Made by a program: the position numbers and the translations under genes. The notes beneath the pieces are model-generated. The model did not search any database and had not been told where the DNA came from. It worked only from the letters and a program-made list of their open reading frames with translations. A stretch of 64,000 nucleotides of DNA from Nibricoccus sp. (GTDB lineage Bacteria; Verrucomicrobiota; Verrucomicrobiia; Opitutales; Opitutaceae): NCBI GenBank assembly GCA_047602425.1, contig JASGHG010000001.1, positions 2,560,001-2,624,000 of the forward strand. The letters run 5' to 3'. How positions within the stretch are numbered: position 1 is the stretch's first letter; every line of letters begins with the position of its first letter. Of this stretch, positions 35,862 to 45,166 are shown in pieces.

Positions 35862-37181
35862 ATGTCCAACGTCGTCCCCATGATCGAAGCCCTTCGCTCG
35901 CAGGTCCGCAGCCTGCCGGCGGTGCGCCGTCTCGGTCACGTCACGGGCATCACCGGCCTGATCATTGAGTCGGAAGGTCCCAATGTCGGACTGGGCGAAC
36001 TCTGCAAACTCAGTTCGGAACGCGATAATTTTTCCGTGACAGCCGAAGTCGTCGGTTTCCGCGGCGAGCATGTTTTGCTGATGCCGCTCGGCGAAACAAC
36101 GGGCCTCCACGCCGGCTGCGAAGTGGCCGCTGCCGACCGTCCGCCGTTGCCGCAGATTGGCCCGCGCCTGCTCGGTCGCGTGCTCGACGCCATGGGCAAG
36201 CCTTACGATGGACTCGGGCTGCTGCCCACCGCGCGCCTTGAACATGGTTCGGCCAAGCCCCCGCATCCGTTGCGGCGCCAGCGCATCCGCGATGCTTTTG
36301 CCACGGGCGTGCGTTCAATTGACTCATTCATTCCATTCGGTCGTGGACAACGTTTGGGCCTTTTCGCCGGTTCAGGCGTTGGTAAGTCCACGCTTATGGG
36401 CATGATCGCCCGAGGCGCTGAAGCTGACGTCGTCGTGATCGCACTCGTGGGCGAACGTGGCCGAGAAGTCCGCGAGTTCATCGAAAAGGATTTGGGCCCC
36501 GAGGGTCTTTCCCGCTCGATCGTGGTTGTGGCGACCAGCGATACGCCCGCTCCGCTTCGCCTGCGCGCCGCCTTTACCGCGACCTCCATTGCCGAGGCTT
36601 ATCGCGACGAAGGTAAAAATGTTCTGCTCCTCATGGACTCGGTCACGCGTTTTGCCATGGCGCAACGCGAGATCGGCCTCGCCGTTGGCGAACCGCCGGC
36701 CACGCGCGGTTACACGCCTTCGGTTTTTGCGCTCCTCCCTCGTTTGCTCGAACGTTCGGGCGCGGGCGAGACCGGTTCCATCACCGCGCTCTACACAGTG
36801 CTTGTCGAAGGCGATGACATGAACGAACCCGTGGCGGACGCCGTCCGCGGTATTCTCGACGGACACATTGTGCTCTCTCGCGCCTTGGCCCACGCTAACC
36901 ATTATCCAGCGGTCGACGTGCTTGAGAGCATCAGCCGTCTCAATCGCGATGTCTGCTCCCCGGAGGAACTCGATCTCGTTGCCCGTGCCCGCGAGCACCT
37001 CGCGGTTTACCGCAAGAACGAGGATCTCGTTACCATTGGCGCCTACCAGAAAGGCACCAACGCCCAGCTTGATCGCGCCGTGGCGCTTTACGAACCATTG
37101 AAAAATTTCCTGCGCCAGAGCGTCCAGGACCGCGTGCCGCGCGCCGATTGCTTCAACCATTTGAAAAAGATCTTGTCATGA
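35862..37181 (+). CDS. fliI: Flagellar export ATPase FliI
   Basis: AGSGVGKST, GERGREV, DSVTRFA and DGHIVLSR. Confidence 0.95.
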   Translation: MSNVVPMIEALRSQVRSLPAVRRLGHVTGITGLIIESEGPNVGLGELCKLSSERDNFSVTAEVVGFRGEHVLLMPLGETTGLHAGCEVAAADRPPLPQIGPRLLGRVLDAMGKPYDGLGLLPTARLEHGSAKPPHPLRRQRIRDAFATGVRSIDSFIPFGRGQRLGLFAGSGVGKSTLMGMIARGAEADVVVIALVGERGREVREFIEKDLGPEGLSRSIVVVATSDTPAPLRLRAAFTATSIAEAYRDEGKNVLLLMDSVTRFAMAQREIGLAVGEPPATRGYTPSVFALLPRLLERSGAGETGSITALYTVLVEGDDMNEPVADAVRGILDGHIVLSRALAHANHYPAVDVLESISRLNRDVCSPEELDLVARAREHLAVYRKNEDLVTIGAYQKGTNAQLDRAVALYEPLKNFLRQSVQDRVPRADCFNHLKKILS

Positions 37182-37633
37182 AAAAGTTCCGTTTTCCTCT
37201 TCGCTCTGTCGCCACCGTTCGCTCGCTGCGTGAACTGCGCGCCCGCGAACATTTTTCCGTGGCCGTGCATGCCTACGTCACCGCCGGGGAGCACCTGCAG
37301 GTTCTGCGTGCACGGCTGGCGGCTTTGGAAGAGGTGTTGCGCAACGGACGCATCCAGACTTTCCGGGCGGGCGACGAGGCCTCGTTCCTTGAAGCCTACA
37401 AAACCGAAACAATCGCCGCCACCAAGGCCGCGGTCGAGGTCGAAAAAACCCGGGCCCAGATGGAAGCCGCGCGCCAGGCCTGGCTCGGTTCGCGTCGTGA
37501 TTTGAAGGTGGTTGAAAGTCTTGAACAAAAAGCCCGCGCCACCCACCGGCGCGAGGTCGAGCGCGAGGACCAGGCGGCCCTCGATGACCGTACCAGCGCC
37601 CTCGCCGCGCGCGCCGCCGCCCAAGGCCTATGA
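37178..37633 (+). CDS. fliJ: Flagellar export protein FliJ
   Basis: MKKFRFPL start, coiled coil, EQxxLDD-like tail; overlaps the fliI stop. Confidence 0.85.
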   Translation: MKKFRFPLRSVATVRSLRELRAREHFSVAVHAYVTAGEHLQVLRARLAALEEVLRNGRIQTFRAGDEASFLEAYKTETIAATKAAVEVEKTRAQMEAARQAWLGSRRDLKVVESLEQKARATHRREVEREDQAALDDRTSALAARAAAQGL

Positions 37634-38241
37634 TCAAACTTCTCACCAACCCCATTGTCACACTGGTTGTCGCGCTCGTGCTCGGCGTGGGCACGGGATT
37701 GAGCATGTTCATGCAGGCCGCGAAACCTTTAATCGCCGCGACCAAACTCGCCCGCGTGAAAGCTGCCGCCGCCAAGGAACCCGAAGCTCCCTGGGGATTC
37801 TGGACGCTTGAGATCGAAAATCTTGCCAGCGAACTCAAGGACCAGAAAGCCGTCGTTAAAAAATACGAGGAGTCGCTCAAGTTGCGCGAGGAACGGCTCA
37901 ATGCCGAACGACAGGAACTCGCCAAACAACGCGACCAGCTCGAGGCCATGCGCGCCGATATCGCCGGCCGCATTACTTCCATCCAGGCCGACGAAATCAA
38001 AAACCTGAAATCGCTCGTGGCCACCTACAGCAATCTCACGCCGAAAGCCACGCTCACCATTTTCAAGGAGATGGACGACACCATGGTCGTCAAAATCCTC
38101 TCGCTCATGAAAACCGACGTCACCACGCCGCTTTTCGAAGAAATGAGCAAGCAGGCCGCCACCGATCCCGTCGTTGCCCGCCGCGTGGCCACCCTCACCG
38201 AAAGACTTCGCCTCCTCAAAACCAGCCCCACGACACCCTGA
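37630..38241 (+). CDS. Flagellar-associated MotE/YlxF-like protein
   Basis: N-terminal TM, coiled coil and LVATYSNLTPKA helical domain; typical position after fliJ. Confidence 0.65.
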   Translation: MIKLLTNPIVTLVVALVLGVGTGLSMFMQAAKPLIAATKLARVKAAAAKEPEAPWGFWTLEIENLASELKDQKAVVKKYEESLKLREERLNAERQELAKQRDQLEAMRADIAGRITSIQADEIKNLKSLVATYSNLTPKATLTIFKEMDDTMVVKILSLMKTDVTTPLFEEMSKQAATDPVVARRVATLTERLRLLKTSPTTP

Positions 38242-38330
38242 TTTTCGCACCGGCGTTGACGCGCCGAAACCTTTAGACCCGCACCAAGGAAGGTGTGGGA
38301 AACTCCGACCCAAGGAAGGGTCCTTTAAAA

Positions 38331-39896
38331 ATGACTCTTCCTCCCAATTGCCTTCCTCCCGAAAATGCCGCTCTGTCCGGCGACCTTCTCGCCGGCCTCG
38401 GCCAGCCAGCGGGCGCGACTGAAGCCGCCGACGGCACTCCCTTTGCCACGCTCCTCGCGGATGCCGCGCCCGGCGAAAACGCCAACCAACCAGCGGGCGA
38501 GCCTGCACGCGCGGCCGGAGGTCCCGCGGTGGCCCTGTATTCGGGAATTTGCTACAGCAATGTCCTTCAGACGGCGACGGGCGAGGCGACCGAGGCTGCC
38601 ATTGACTCAGTGCCGGAGGATGAAGAACCGGTTTTGCCTCCCGACGTTGATCCCGCGCCATCGGAAGAAAGTGCTTTGCTGCTCGCTTACCAACTCATCG
38701 CAGGCCAATGGGTGCCGCAGCCGGTCTCGCTTCAAGCCGAACCAGCTCTTACGACTGCCGCAGCCGCCCGTGCGGGCGACGAAGCCGTTTCGGTGAACCA
38801 GGGTGACGGATTTGCCGCACAGCCGGGTGAAGCGCCCGTGGCCGAGCCGACCTCGGGGATTGCCCCGGCGAAGGTTGACCCCGCTGCATCGGCCAACGCG
38901 CTTGTTTTCAAAGAGGCAAAGTCGGCGACGACGACTGACAAAATCATGGCTGCTTCCAATACCCCCACGCGGACCCAAGCAACCGAACAAAAATCCGAGT
39001 CAACTCCTTCACGCTCCGAGCCTGCAGCGACGCCTTCTGACAATGTAATTTCCCCATGTTCCGTCCCTGAGGCGGCATCTTCAAATGGCATGACCAACGT
39101 CGTCTCGGAACTGCCGCGCCCGATAAATAATCTACCGGCAAAATTTACCGCTCCCGGTTCTGACCCCCGTGCAGAAGATGCCTCTGGGGTGAATTCCTTA
39201 AGTAGCTCAGCAGAAAAAAAGACGTTAGTCGCTGATGCAAAAGGTGTAAAGTCAGCTGGTCGTCAGATTGGCACGAACGTTGCAAACCGGGGGTACTCCA
39301 TGCCCTATTCTGCCGCCAACAAGTCCAGCGCACCGTCCACCACGGCGCTTTCGCAGGCACTTCCAGCTGGCGGCGTGCAAAGCGGCAGCAGCTCCGCGGC
39401 GATCGAGATCGAAGCGCCGTCTTCGGTTCACGCTCCGCGTCTCGTTCAGGAAATTCGTGCGATCGCCGACCGGATTTCGACCATCGATCGCAACACCGTC
39501 GAGGTCCGTTTCGATTTTAACGAGTCCGACCGCCTTTCCGTCCGCGTCGAATATCGAGACGGCGCGGTGCACACAACTTTCCGCACCGACTCTGAGTCGT
39601 TGCGCGAAGTGATCGCCCGCGAATGGCAGGCGCAGGCCGTTTCCGCCGAGCCGCGCGCCTACCGCGTTGCCGAACCTGTATTTAGCAACAACGTCGCGAC
39701 TTCCGGCGACCTTTCGCAGTCCGGCCAGGGCTCCAGCCAGTCGCAAGGCCGCGCTTTCGAGCAGCAGGCCGCCCCGACTTTTAACGGGCTCGCCCAACAA
39801 GGGCGTTCCTCCTCCGGCGCTTCCTTCGGTGCTCCCAGCTCCGCGGCGGCGACGGTTCGTCCCGAAACCTCCCTCCACCTCCACACGTTCGCCTGA
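38331..39896 (+). CDS. fliK: Flagellar hook-length control protein FliK-like
   Basis: Long Ala/Pro/Ser-rich low-complexity region, compact C-terminal domain (VEVRF...LSVRVEY...FRTDSESLRE), upstream of flgD. Start uncertain. Confidence 0.7.
   Translation: MTLPPNCLPPENAALSGDLLAGLGQPAGATEAADGTPFATLLADAAPGENANQPAGEPARAAGGPAVALYSGICYSNVLQTATGEATEAAIDSVPEDEEPVLPPDVDPAPSEESALLLAYQLIAGQWVPQPVSLQAEPALTTAAAARAGDEAVSVNQGDGFAAQPGEAPVAEPTSGIAPAKVDPAASANALVFKEAKSATTTDKIMAASNTPTRTQATEQKSESTPSRSEPAATPSDNVISPCSVPEAASSNGMTNVVSELPRPINNLPAKFTAPGSDPRAEDASGVNSLSSSAEKKTLVADAKGVKSAGRQIGTNVANRGYSMPYSAANKSSAPSTTALSQALPAGGVQSGSSSAAIEIEAPSSVHAPRLVQEIRAIADRISTIDRNTVEVRFDFNESDRLSVRVEYRDGAVHTTFRTDSESLREVIAREWQAQAVSAEPRAYRVAEPVFSNNVATSGDLSQSGQGSSQSQGRAFEQQAAPTFNGLAQQGRSSSGASFGAPSSAAATVRPETSLHLHTFA
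39269..39284 (+). promoter_or_regulatory. Internal sigma54 promoter within the fliK-like ORF
   Basis: TGGCAC-GAACG-TTGCA. Dyad CGGCAAAATTTACCG at 39136-39150 and an in-frame ATG at 39300. Confidence 0.65.
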
Positions 39897-39907
39897 GGAT
39901 CTCCACC

Positions 39908-40339
39908 ATGTCTTCCGTCACTGCCACTTCCTCCTCTTCTTCGGCTTATACCGACAATCTTTCGGCCCGCGTCGCCCAGAAAAGTCTCGGGCAAAGCGAT
40001 TTTCTCAAACTGCTGACCACGCAGATGAGCAATCAGGACCCGATGAATCCCATCTCGGACACCGACCAGATCGCGCAGCTCGCCCAGTTTTCCGCCTTGC
40101 AATCGATGAATTCCGTCGCCTCGGAACTCGCCTATCTGCGCGCCGACACCCAGCTCCAGGGCGCCAGCGGCCTGATCGGACGGCAGGTCACCGTGACCAC
40201 GAGCAAGGGTAATGTCGTCGGCACGGTCGACTCGGTTCAGGCCGACTCCAGCCACGTCTACGTCAATGTCGGCGGGCAGCAGTACGATTATTCCAAGATC
40301 ATCAAAGTCGAACCAAAGCCAACCGCCACGACTCCCTAA
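39908..40339 (+). CDS. flgD: Flagellar hook capping protein FlgD
   Basis: DFLKLLTTQMSNQDPMNP and QLAQFS. Confidence 0.93.
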   Translation: MSSVTATSSSSSAYTDNLSARVAQKSLGQSDFLKLLTTQMSNQDPMNPISDTDQIAQLAQFSALQSMNSVASELAYLRADTQLQGASGLIGRQVTVTTSKGNVVGTVDSVQADSSHVYVNVGGQQYDYSKIIKVEPKPTATTP

Positions 40340-40397
40340 ACTTTCAAGGACGAAACCAACCCCAAACGTAAACCGGCTCATTTAATCATCTCCAACC

Positions 40398-41267
40398 ATG
40401 TCACTCATCGGAACACTCACTTCAGGCGTCAGCGCGATGCGCGCCTTCACCAAGGGACTCGAAGTCATCGGCAACAACATCGCCAACGTCAACACGGTCG
40501 CCTACAAAGGTTCCACCGTCAGTTTTGCCGACAGCTTCAGTAACACCTTGCGCTCCTCGGCTCCTTCGTCCGCCACCTCTTCCAATCAATCCGCCACCCA
40601 AGTCGGCACGGGCGTGCGCCTTTCTGAGATCAGCACCAAATTCACGCAGGGCGCGCTGACCACCACCGGTCTCAATACCGATCTCGGCGTTTCCGGCAAC
40701 GGCTTTTTCCTCGTGTCGAATCCGGCCGATGGCCAGCTCTTCGCCACTCGTGCCGGCAACTTCCGCATCGACGACAGCGGCTACCTCGTCACTTACCAAG
40801 GCTATCGCGTGCAAGGCGCCACGGGCGGCACCGCGGCCACGCCTCCTTCCGCTTTTGGCAGCATCCGCCTCGGCACTCCGCCGGCCGGCACCGAACTCAC
40901 TTCTTTCAGTATCAGCACCGCCGGCAACCTCACCGAGTTCTACTCCGATGGTACGTCCATCACCACGAATCAGGTGCTCCTCCAGAATTACTCCGATCTC
41001 AGCGCTCTCGTGAAACAAGGTGACAATCTTTACACCGGCTTCAGCGCCGCCGGTATCATCGGGCCTGCCACACCAACTCCTGCCGGCAACGCTCCCGCGG
41101 GCAGCGGCCTCGGCTCCATTCAGGCCGGCACGCTCGAACTCGCCAACGTCGATCTCACCGATCAGTTCGCGAACATGATCACCACCCAGCGTAGCTTCCA
41201 GGCCAGCTCCCGTTTGATCACCGTCTCCGACTCCGTGCTCGAGGACATCGTCAACTTGAAGCGCTAA
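40398..41267 (+). CDS. flgE: Flagellar hook protein FlgE (short form)
   Basis: VIGNNIANVNT, TRAGNF, LELANVDL and QRSFQASSR; follows flgD. Confidence 0.88.
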   Translation: MSLIGTLTSGVSAMRAFTKGLEVIGNNIANVNTVAYKGSTVSFADSFSNTLRSSAPSSATSSNQSATQVGTGVRLSEISTKFTQGALTTTGLNTDLGVSGNGFFLVSNPADGQLFATRAGNFRIDDSGYLVTYQGYRVQGATGGTAATPPSAFGSIRLGTPPAGTELTSFSISTAGNLTEFYSDGTSITTNQVLLQNYSDLSALVKQGDNLYTGFSAAGIIGPATPTPAGNAPAGSGLGSIQAGTLELANVDLTDQFANMITTQRSFQASSRLITVSDSVLEDIVNLKR

Positions 41268-41298
41268 CCCGCCTCGCGGCTGAACCCCACGCCCTTCC

Positions 41299-41952
41299 AT
41301 GGCTGCAAAACCAAACGAACCCGCCAAAGGCGCCGACGCCGCCCATCCGCCTGCCGCAGCCGCGGCGGCCGACAAGGACAAGGGCGCGGCCCCCGAGGCC
41401 GCCGCCAAGCCCGCTGGCGGTGGTGGCTTTGCTGCATTTATTCCGCTCATTGCCGCGATCGTCATCGCTCCAGTTCTTTCCTGGGCCGTCGGCCAGTTTG
41501 TGCTCATGCCCAAGCTCAAGAAAGAGCTCGCCGTTCCGGTCGATCCGCACGCAATCGCTCCGGCCGAACATGTGGCTGAAGAAGCTTCTGCTGGCGAAGG
41601 CGGCAAAGAGGAAAAAGGCGGACACGGCAAAAAGGGCGAGGCTGGCGCTAACGGCGCTACCTACGAATTTGAAAATGTGGTCGTGAATCTCGCCGGCACC
41701 ATGGGTACGCGTTACCTCAAGACCGCGTTCCTTGTCACCGGGACGGAAAAATCCCTTCGCGCCACCTTCGAGAACAACAAGCCGAAGATGGTCGATGTTA
41801 CCATCAACGTTCTCTCTTCGCTCTCGCTCGCCGATCTCGAGGAGGCCGGCGCCAAGAACCTTATTCGGGAAAAACTGATCGGCGCCTATAATCAGGCCCT
41901 CGGCAAGAAACTCGTCGAGCAGGTCTATTTTTCCGACTTCGTCGTGCAGTGA
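41299..41952 (+). CDS. fliL: Flagellar basal-body protein FliL
   Basis: Single TM, VVNLAG...RYLK and VYFSDFVVQ. Confidence 0.9.
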   Translation: MAAKPNEPAKGADAAHPPAAAAAADKDKGAAPEAAAKPAGGGGFAAFIPLIAAIVIAPVLSWAVGQFVLMPKLKKELAVPVDPHAIAPAEHVAEEASAGEGGKEEKGGHGKKGEAGANGATYEFENVVVNLAGTMGTRYLKTAFLVTGTEKSLRATFENNKPKMVDVTINVLSSLSLADLEEAGAKNLIREKLIGAYNQALGKKLVEQVYFSDFVVQ

Positions 41953-41973
41953 CCTGAACCATCTAAAACCGCC

Positions 41974-43020
41974 ATGGCAGACGACCAAAATCTGAGCGAT
42001 GTTCTCGACCAAAGCGAGATCGACAAACTGCTCTCCGAGGCCACAGCGCCGGCGAAGCAGCAGATCTTTCGCGCGGACGGAAAACGGGTTGAAGGCGGCG
42101 ACATGCCGAAAATCGAGACCTACGATTTTCGCAATCCCGTCTTTCTCACCGAGGTCGAGCTGCGTCGCCTTCGTCTGCTGCACGAGGATTTCATTCGTTA
42201 TCTCACCGCCCGGCTCTCGCTCTTTCTCCGCATGGAGTTTGCCCTCAAGATGGCGAAACTCACCACGCTGACCTACGCGAAGTTCGCCGACAGCCTGCCC
42301 AATCCGACGCACCTTTGTCTTTTCAAAGCCGAACCTCTCCTGGGTGTCGGCATTCTCGACGTCAACCCGCGCCTCGCGCTGACCCTGGTTGATCGCATGC
42401 TCGGCGGCCGCGGACATTCGGTGAAGCTCGAACGTTATCTCACCGAGATCGAAATGGCCCTTCTGGAGGACATCATCATGATCATCCTCGAGGAGTGGTG
42501 CCACCAGTGGAAACACGAGAAGGAACTTCATCCCCAAGTGATCGGCCATGAGAACAACGGCCGTTTCCTCCAGACTTCGCCGAAGGATGCCATTGTACTC
42601 GGCCTGACGCTGGAGGTGAATTTCGGCGATTGCTCCGAGCAAATCCAGATCGGCGTGCCATACTACACGATAGAACCAATGGTCCGCGCCATGCAGGCCC
42701 GCCGGCAGAAGGATGCCACGCCCGGCGGCGTCAGCCTCAAGGCCGAATGGAAACCCATTTACGAGCACATCACCATCCCGGCCCGCGCCGAATGGGATGC
42801 TTTTGAACTTTCGCTTCGCGAAATCAGCAACCTGCGTGTCGGCGACGTTATCGAGATGCCCGCCAACATCCTCGAGGAAACCCGCGTCACCCTGAACGGC
42901 TCGCCGAAGTTTGTCGGCACCGTCGGCCTCGACGGCGACAAGGTTGCCGTGAACCTCACGAAGAAAATCGCTGCCGAACCATCGTTTATCCCTCGTCCCA
43001 CTCCCGCCAATGGAAGATAA
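41974..43020 (+). CDS. fliM: Flagellar motor switch protein FliM
   Basis: LDQSEIDKLL, YDFRNP, LTEIE and a SpoA-like C-terminus. Confidence 0.93.
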   Translation: MADDQNLSDVLDQSEIDKLLSEATAPAKQQIFRADGKRVEGGDMPKIETYDFRNPVFLTEVELRRLRLLHEDFIRYLTARLSLFLRMEFALKMAKLTTLTYAKFADSLPNPTHLCLFKAEPLLGVGILDVNPRLALTLVDRMLGGRGHSVKLERYLTEIEMALLEDIIMIILEEWCHQWKHEKELHPQVIGHENNGRFLQTSPKDAIVLGLTLEVNFGDCSEQIQIGVPYYTIEPMVRAMQARRQKDATPGGVSLKAEWKPIYEHITIPARAEWDAFELSLREISNLRVGDVIEMPANILEETRVTLNGSPKFVGTVGLDGDKVAVNLTKKIAAEPSFIPRPTPANGR

Positions 43021-43264
43021 AACCCTAGATCTTGTCCTCGACGTTAAAGTCAAGGTAACCGTCCAACTCGGCTCCTGCCAGCTTCCCATGCGCGAAGTGC
43101 TTGAGCTTGCCCCGGGCGCCGTGATTCAGCTCAACCAGCATGCGAGCGATCCCGTGGGTCTTTATGTCAACGACAAGCTTATCGCCTACGGTGAGGTTGT
43201 GGTCGTTGACGACAGTTTCGGCATTAAAATCACAGAACTTGTCGGCTCCAAGCCGGCCTCCTGA
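43010..43264 (+). CDS. fliN: Flagellar motor switch protein FliN
   Basis: SpoA domain, GEVVVVDDSFGIKIT. Confidence 0.93.
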   Translation: MEDKTLDLVLDVKVKVTVQLGSCQLPMREVLELAPGAVIQLNQHASDPVGLYVNDKLIAYGEVVVVDDSFGIKITELVGSKPAS

Positions 43265-43335
43265 AGACCGCTTCATGCAGGCTTAAACCTCAACTTTGTT
43301 CTTCAACCGGCCCGGTCGCAGGCCCGCATCGCTTC

Positions 43336-43818
43336 ATGACTTTCCCCAAAGCCTTTACCAGCGTCACCCGCTGGCTGCTAGTGGTAATCGGCTGCGCCGT
43401 TTTGGCGACGGCGCAGCCGATGAGTAGCAGCCCCGCTCCCGCTGCGCCTGAGGCCGCCGAACCCGCGAAACGCCCCGGCGATACCGTCATTTATCCGAAG
43501 AACTCGGCCGAACCGAATAAAACCGCTACAAATCCCGAGCGCGACACCGGTCGCTCACTTATTGTGGTTGTGGCGCTTCTCCTCGCCGCAGGCGGCGGCT
43601 GGCTCATCCTTCAACGCCGCAAGGCCGGACCCGCCGGCGGCCGTGGACGGAAACTCCAAATCGACGAAACCAAACCCTTGGGCAACCGGCAGTACCTCGT
43701 GGTCGCCGACTACGACGGCAAAAAATTCCTTCTCGGCGTCACCCCCGGCCAGATTCAAATGCTCACGCCGCTGGATCAAAACCGTACGGCTAACAGCCAA
43801 TCGGAGGCCAAGCCATGA
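43336..43818 (+). CDS. fliO: Flagellar biosynthesis protein FliO
   Basis: TM plus ETKPLGNRQYLVV...LLGVT; lies between fliN and fliP. Confidence 0.85.
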   Translation: MTFPKAFTSVTRWLLVVIGCAVLATAQPMSSSPAPAAPEAAEPAKRPGDTVIYPKNSAEPNKTATNPERDTGRSLIVVVALLLAAGGGWLILQRRKAGPAGGRGRKLQIDETKPLGNRQYLVVADYDGKKFLLGVTPGQIQMLTPLDQNRTANSQSEAKP

Positions 43819-44717
43819 ACGCCTTAGCGGTAGAGCGCGTTGGTTCTGTCTGGGGTGGAGCGCGTTGTCGCCAACGCGCTTGGTTTGCTCTCGGAAAGCG
43901 TCTTGAGGTCAAGCCGCTCCACCTGCTGTTCCTGGTGGTTTCGCTTCTTTTCTTCTTCGTTCCAGCCGCCTCCGCCCAGACCGCGCCAGCTCCCGCTCCG
44001 GCACCGGCGTCTCCCGCCGCCACCACAACCACGGCGCAGAACCAACCGATGCGTCTGAACATCGGCCTCGAAGGCACCAGCAAGCCGGGCGATGTCAGCG
44101 TCGCGATCCAGATCGTGATCGTGATGACCCTGCTCACGCTCGCGCCGTCGATGGTGATTTTGATGTCGAGCTTCACGCGCATCGTGATCGTGCTCGGCTT
44201 TGTGCGCACGGCGCTGGGTGTGCCCAGCGCTCCCTCCAACCAGATCATTGTCGGTCTTTCGCTTTTCCTCACGTTTTTCATCATGGGCCCTGTCTTCGAC
44301 AAGGTGAACACCGAGTCGCTCCAGCCCTATCTCAACGGCCAGATGACCTCCGCCCAAGCCTTCGACAAAGCGTCGGTGCCGATTCGCGATTTCATGCTGC
44401 ACCAAACCCGCACGCGTGACCTTGAATTTTTTCTCGAACTCGGCCGCTTCGGCCCGACGCCCGTCGCCGAACTTCCCATGCGTGTGGTGATTCCCGCGTT
44501 TGTCATCAGCGAACTGCAAACCGCCTTCCAAATGGGTTTCCTGCTTTTCCTGCCCTTTCTCGTTATCGATTTCCTGGTCTCGTCCGTGCTGATGTCCCTC
44601 GGTATGATGATGATGCCGCCAACCGTCGTCGCCTTGCCTTTTAAACTGTTGCTCTTCGTCCTCGTCGACGGTTGGCATCTCGTCGTGAAAAGCCTCGTGG
44701 AGAGCTTCAGGCTGTGA
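43815..44717 (+). CDS. fliP: Flagellar export protein FliP
   Basis: SFTRIVIVL, PAFVISEL, MGMMMMPP-like motif and LVDGW. Start uncertain. Confidence 0.95.
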   Translation: MNALAVERVGSVWGGARCRQRAWFALGKRLEVKPLHLLFLVVSLLFFFVPAASAQTAPAPAPAPASPAATTTTAQNQPMRLNIGLEGTSKPGDVSVAIQIVIVMTLLTLAPSMVILMSSFTRIVIVLGFVRTALGVPSAPSNQIIVGLSLFLTFFIMGPVFDKVNTESLQPYLNGQMTSAQAFDKASVPIRDFMLHQTRTRDLEFFLELGRFGPTPVAELPMRVVIPAFVISELQTAFQMGFLLFLPFLVIDFLVSSVLMSLGMMMMPPTVVALPFKLLLFVLVDGWHLVVKSLVESFRL

Positions 44718-44726
44718 CCGTAAAAA

Positions 44727-44799
44727 GGATCACAGATCATGGGTGATAGGTCATTGGCCTTGAAAACAACCCATCACCCAGAACCAATAACCCATCGCC
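44727..44799. repeat. Intergenic heptamer-repeat hairpin, GGGTCAT class (fliP-fliQ)
   Basis: GGATCAC AGATCAT GGGTGAT AGGTCAT followed by CATCACC CAGAACC AATAACC CATCGCC. Confidence 0.7.
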
Positions 44800-44809
44800 G
44801 TCTCCTCCC

Positions 44810-45079
44810 ATGACACCCGAAATGGCCATCGATATTTTCAAGAACGTGGTCACGTTCTCGCTCTACATCGTCGCCCCGTTTTTGGGTGTGATGCTAATAG
44901 TAGGTCTTGTCACCAGCTTGCTGCAATCGGTAACCAGTATTCAGGAACAAACGCTGACCTTCGCGCCGAAGCTGATCGCGCTCGCCCTGCTTTGTTTCGC
45001 CCTGGGACCCTGGCTCGTGCGGTCGCTGACCGACTTTGCCGTGCGCGTCATCAGCCAGATGGGCACGTTGGGACACTGA
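44810..45079 (+). CDS. fliQ: Flagellar export protein FliQ
   Basis: QSVTSIQEQTLTFAPK. Confidence 0.95.
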   Translation: MTPEMAIDIFKNVVTFSLYIVAPFLGVMLIVGLVTSLLQSVTSIQEQTLTFAPKLIALALLCFALGPWLVRSLTDFAVRVISQMGTLGH

Positions 45080-45083
45080 ATTT

Positions 45084-45158
45084 GGGTCATGGGTCATAGG
45101 CGATAGGTCATAGACCCCGCATGCCTCTTCTCACCGCCATAACCCATCACCCACCGCC
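45084..45158. repeat. Intergenic heptamer-repeat hairpin, GGGTCAT class (fliQ-fliR)
   Basis: GGGTCAT GGGTCAT AGGCGAT AGGTCAT followed by ATAACCC ATCACCC. Confidence 0.7.
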
Positions 45159-45166
45159 TTCTTCCC

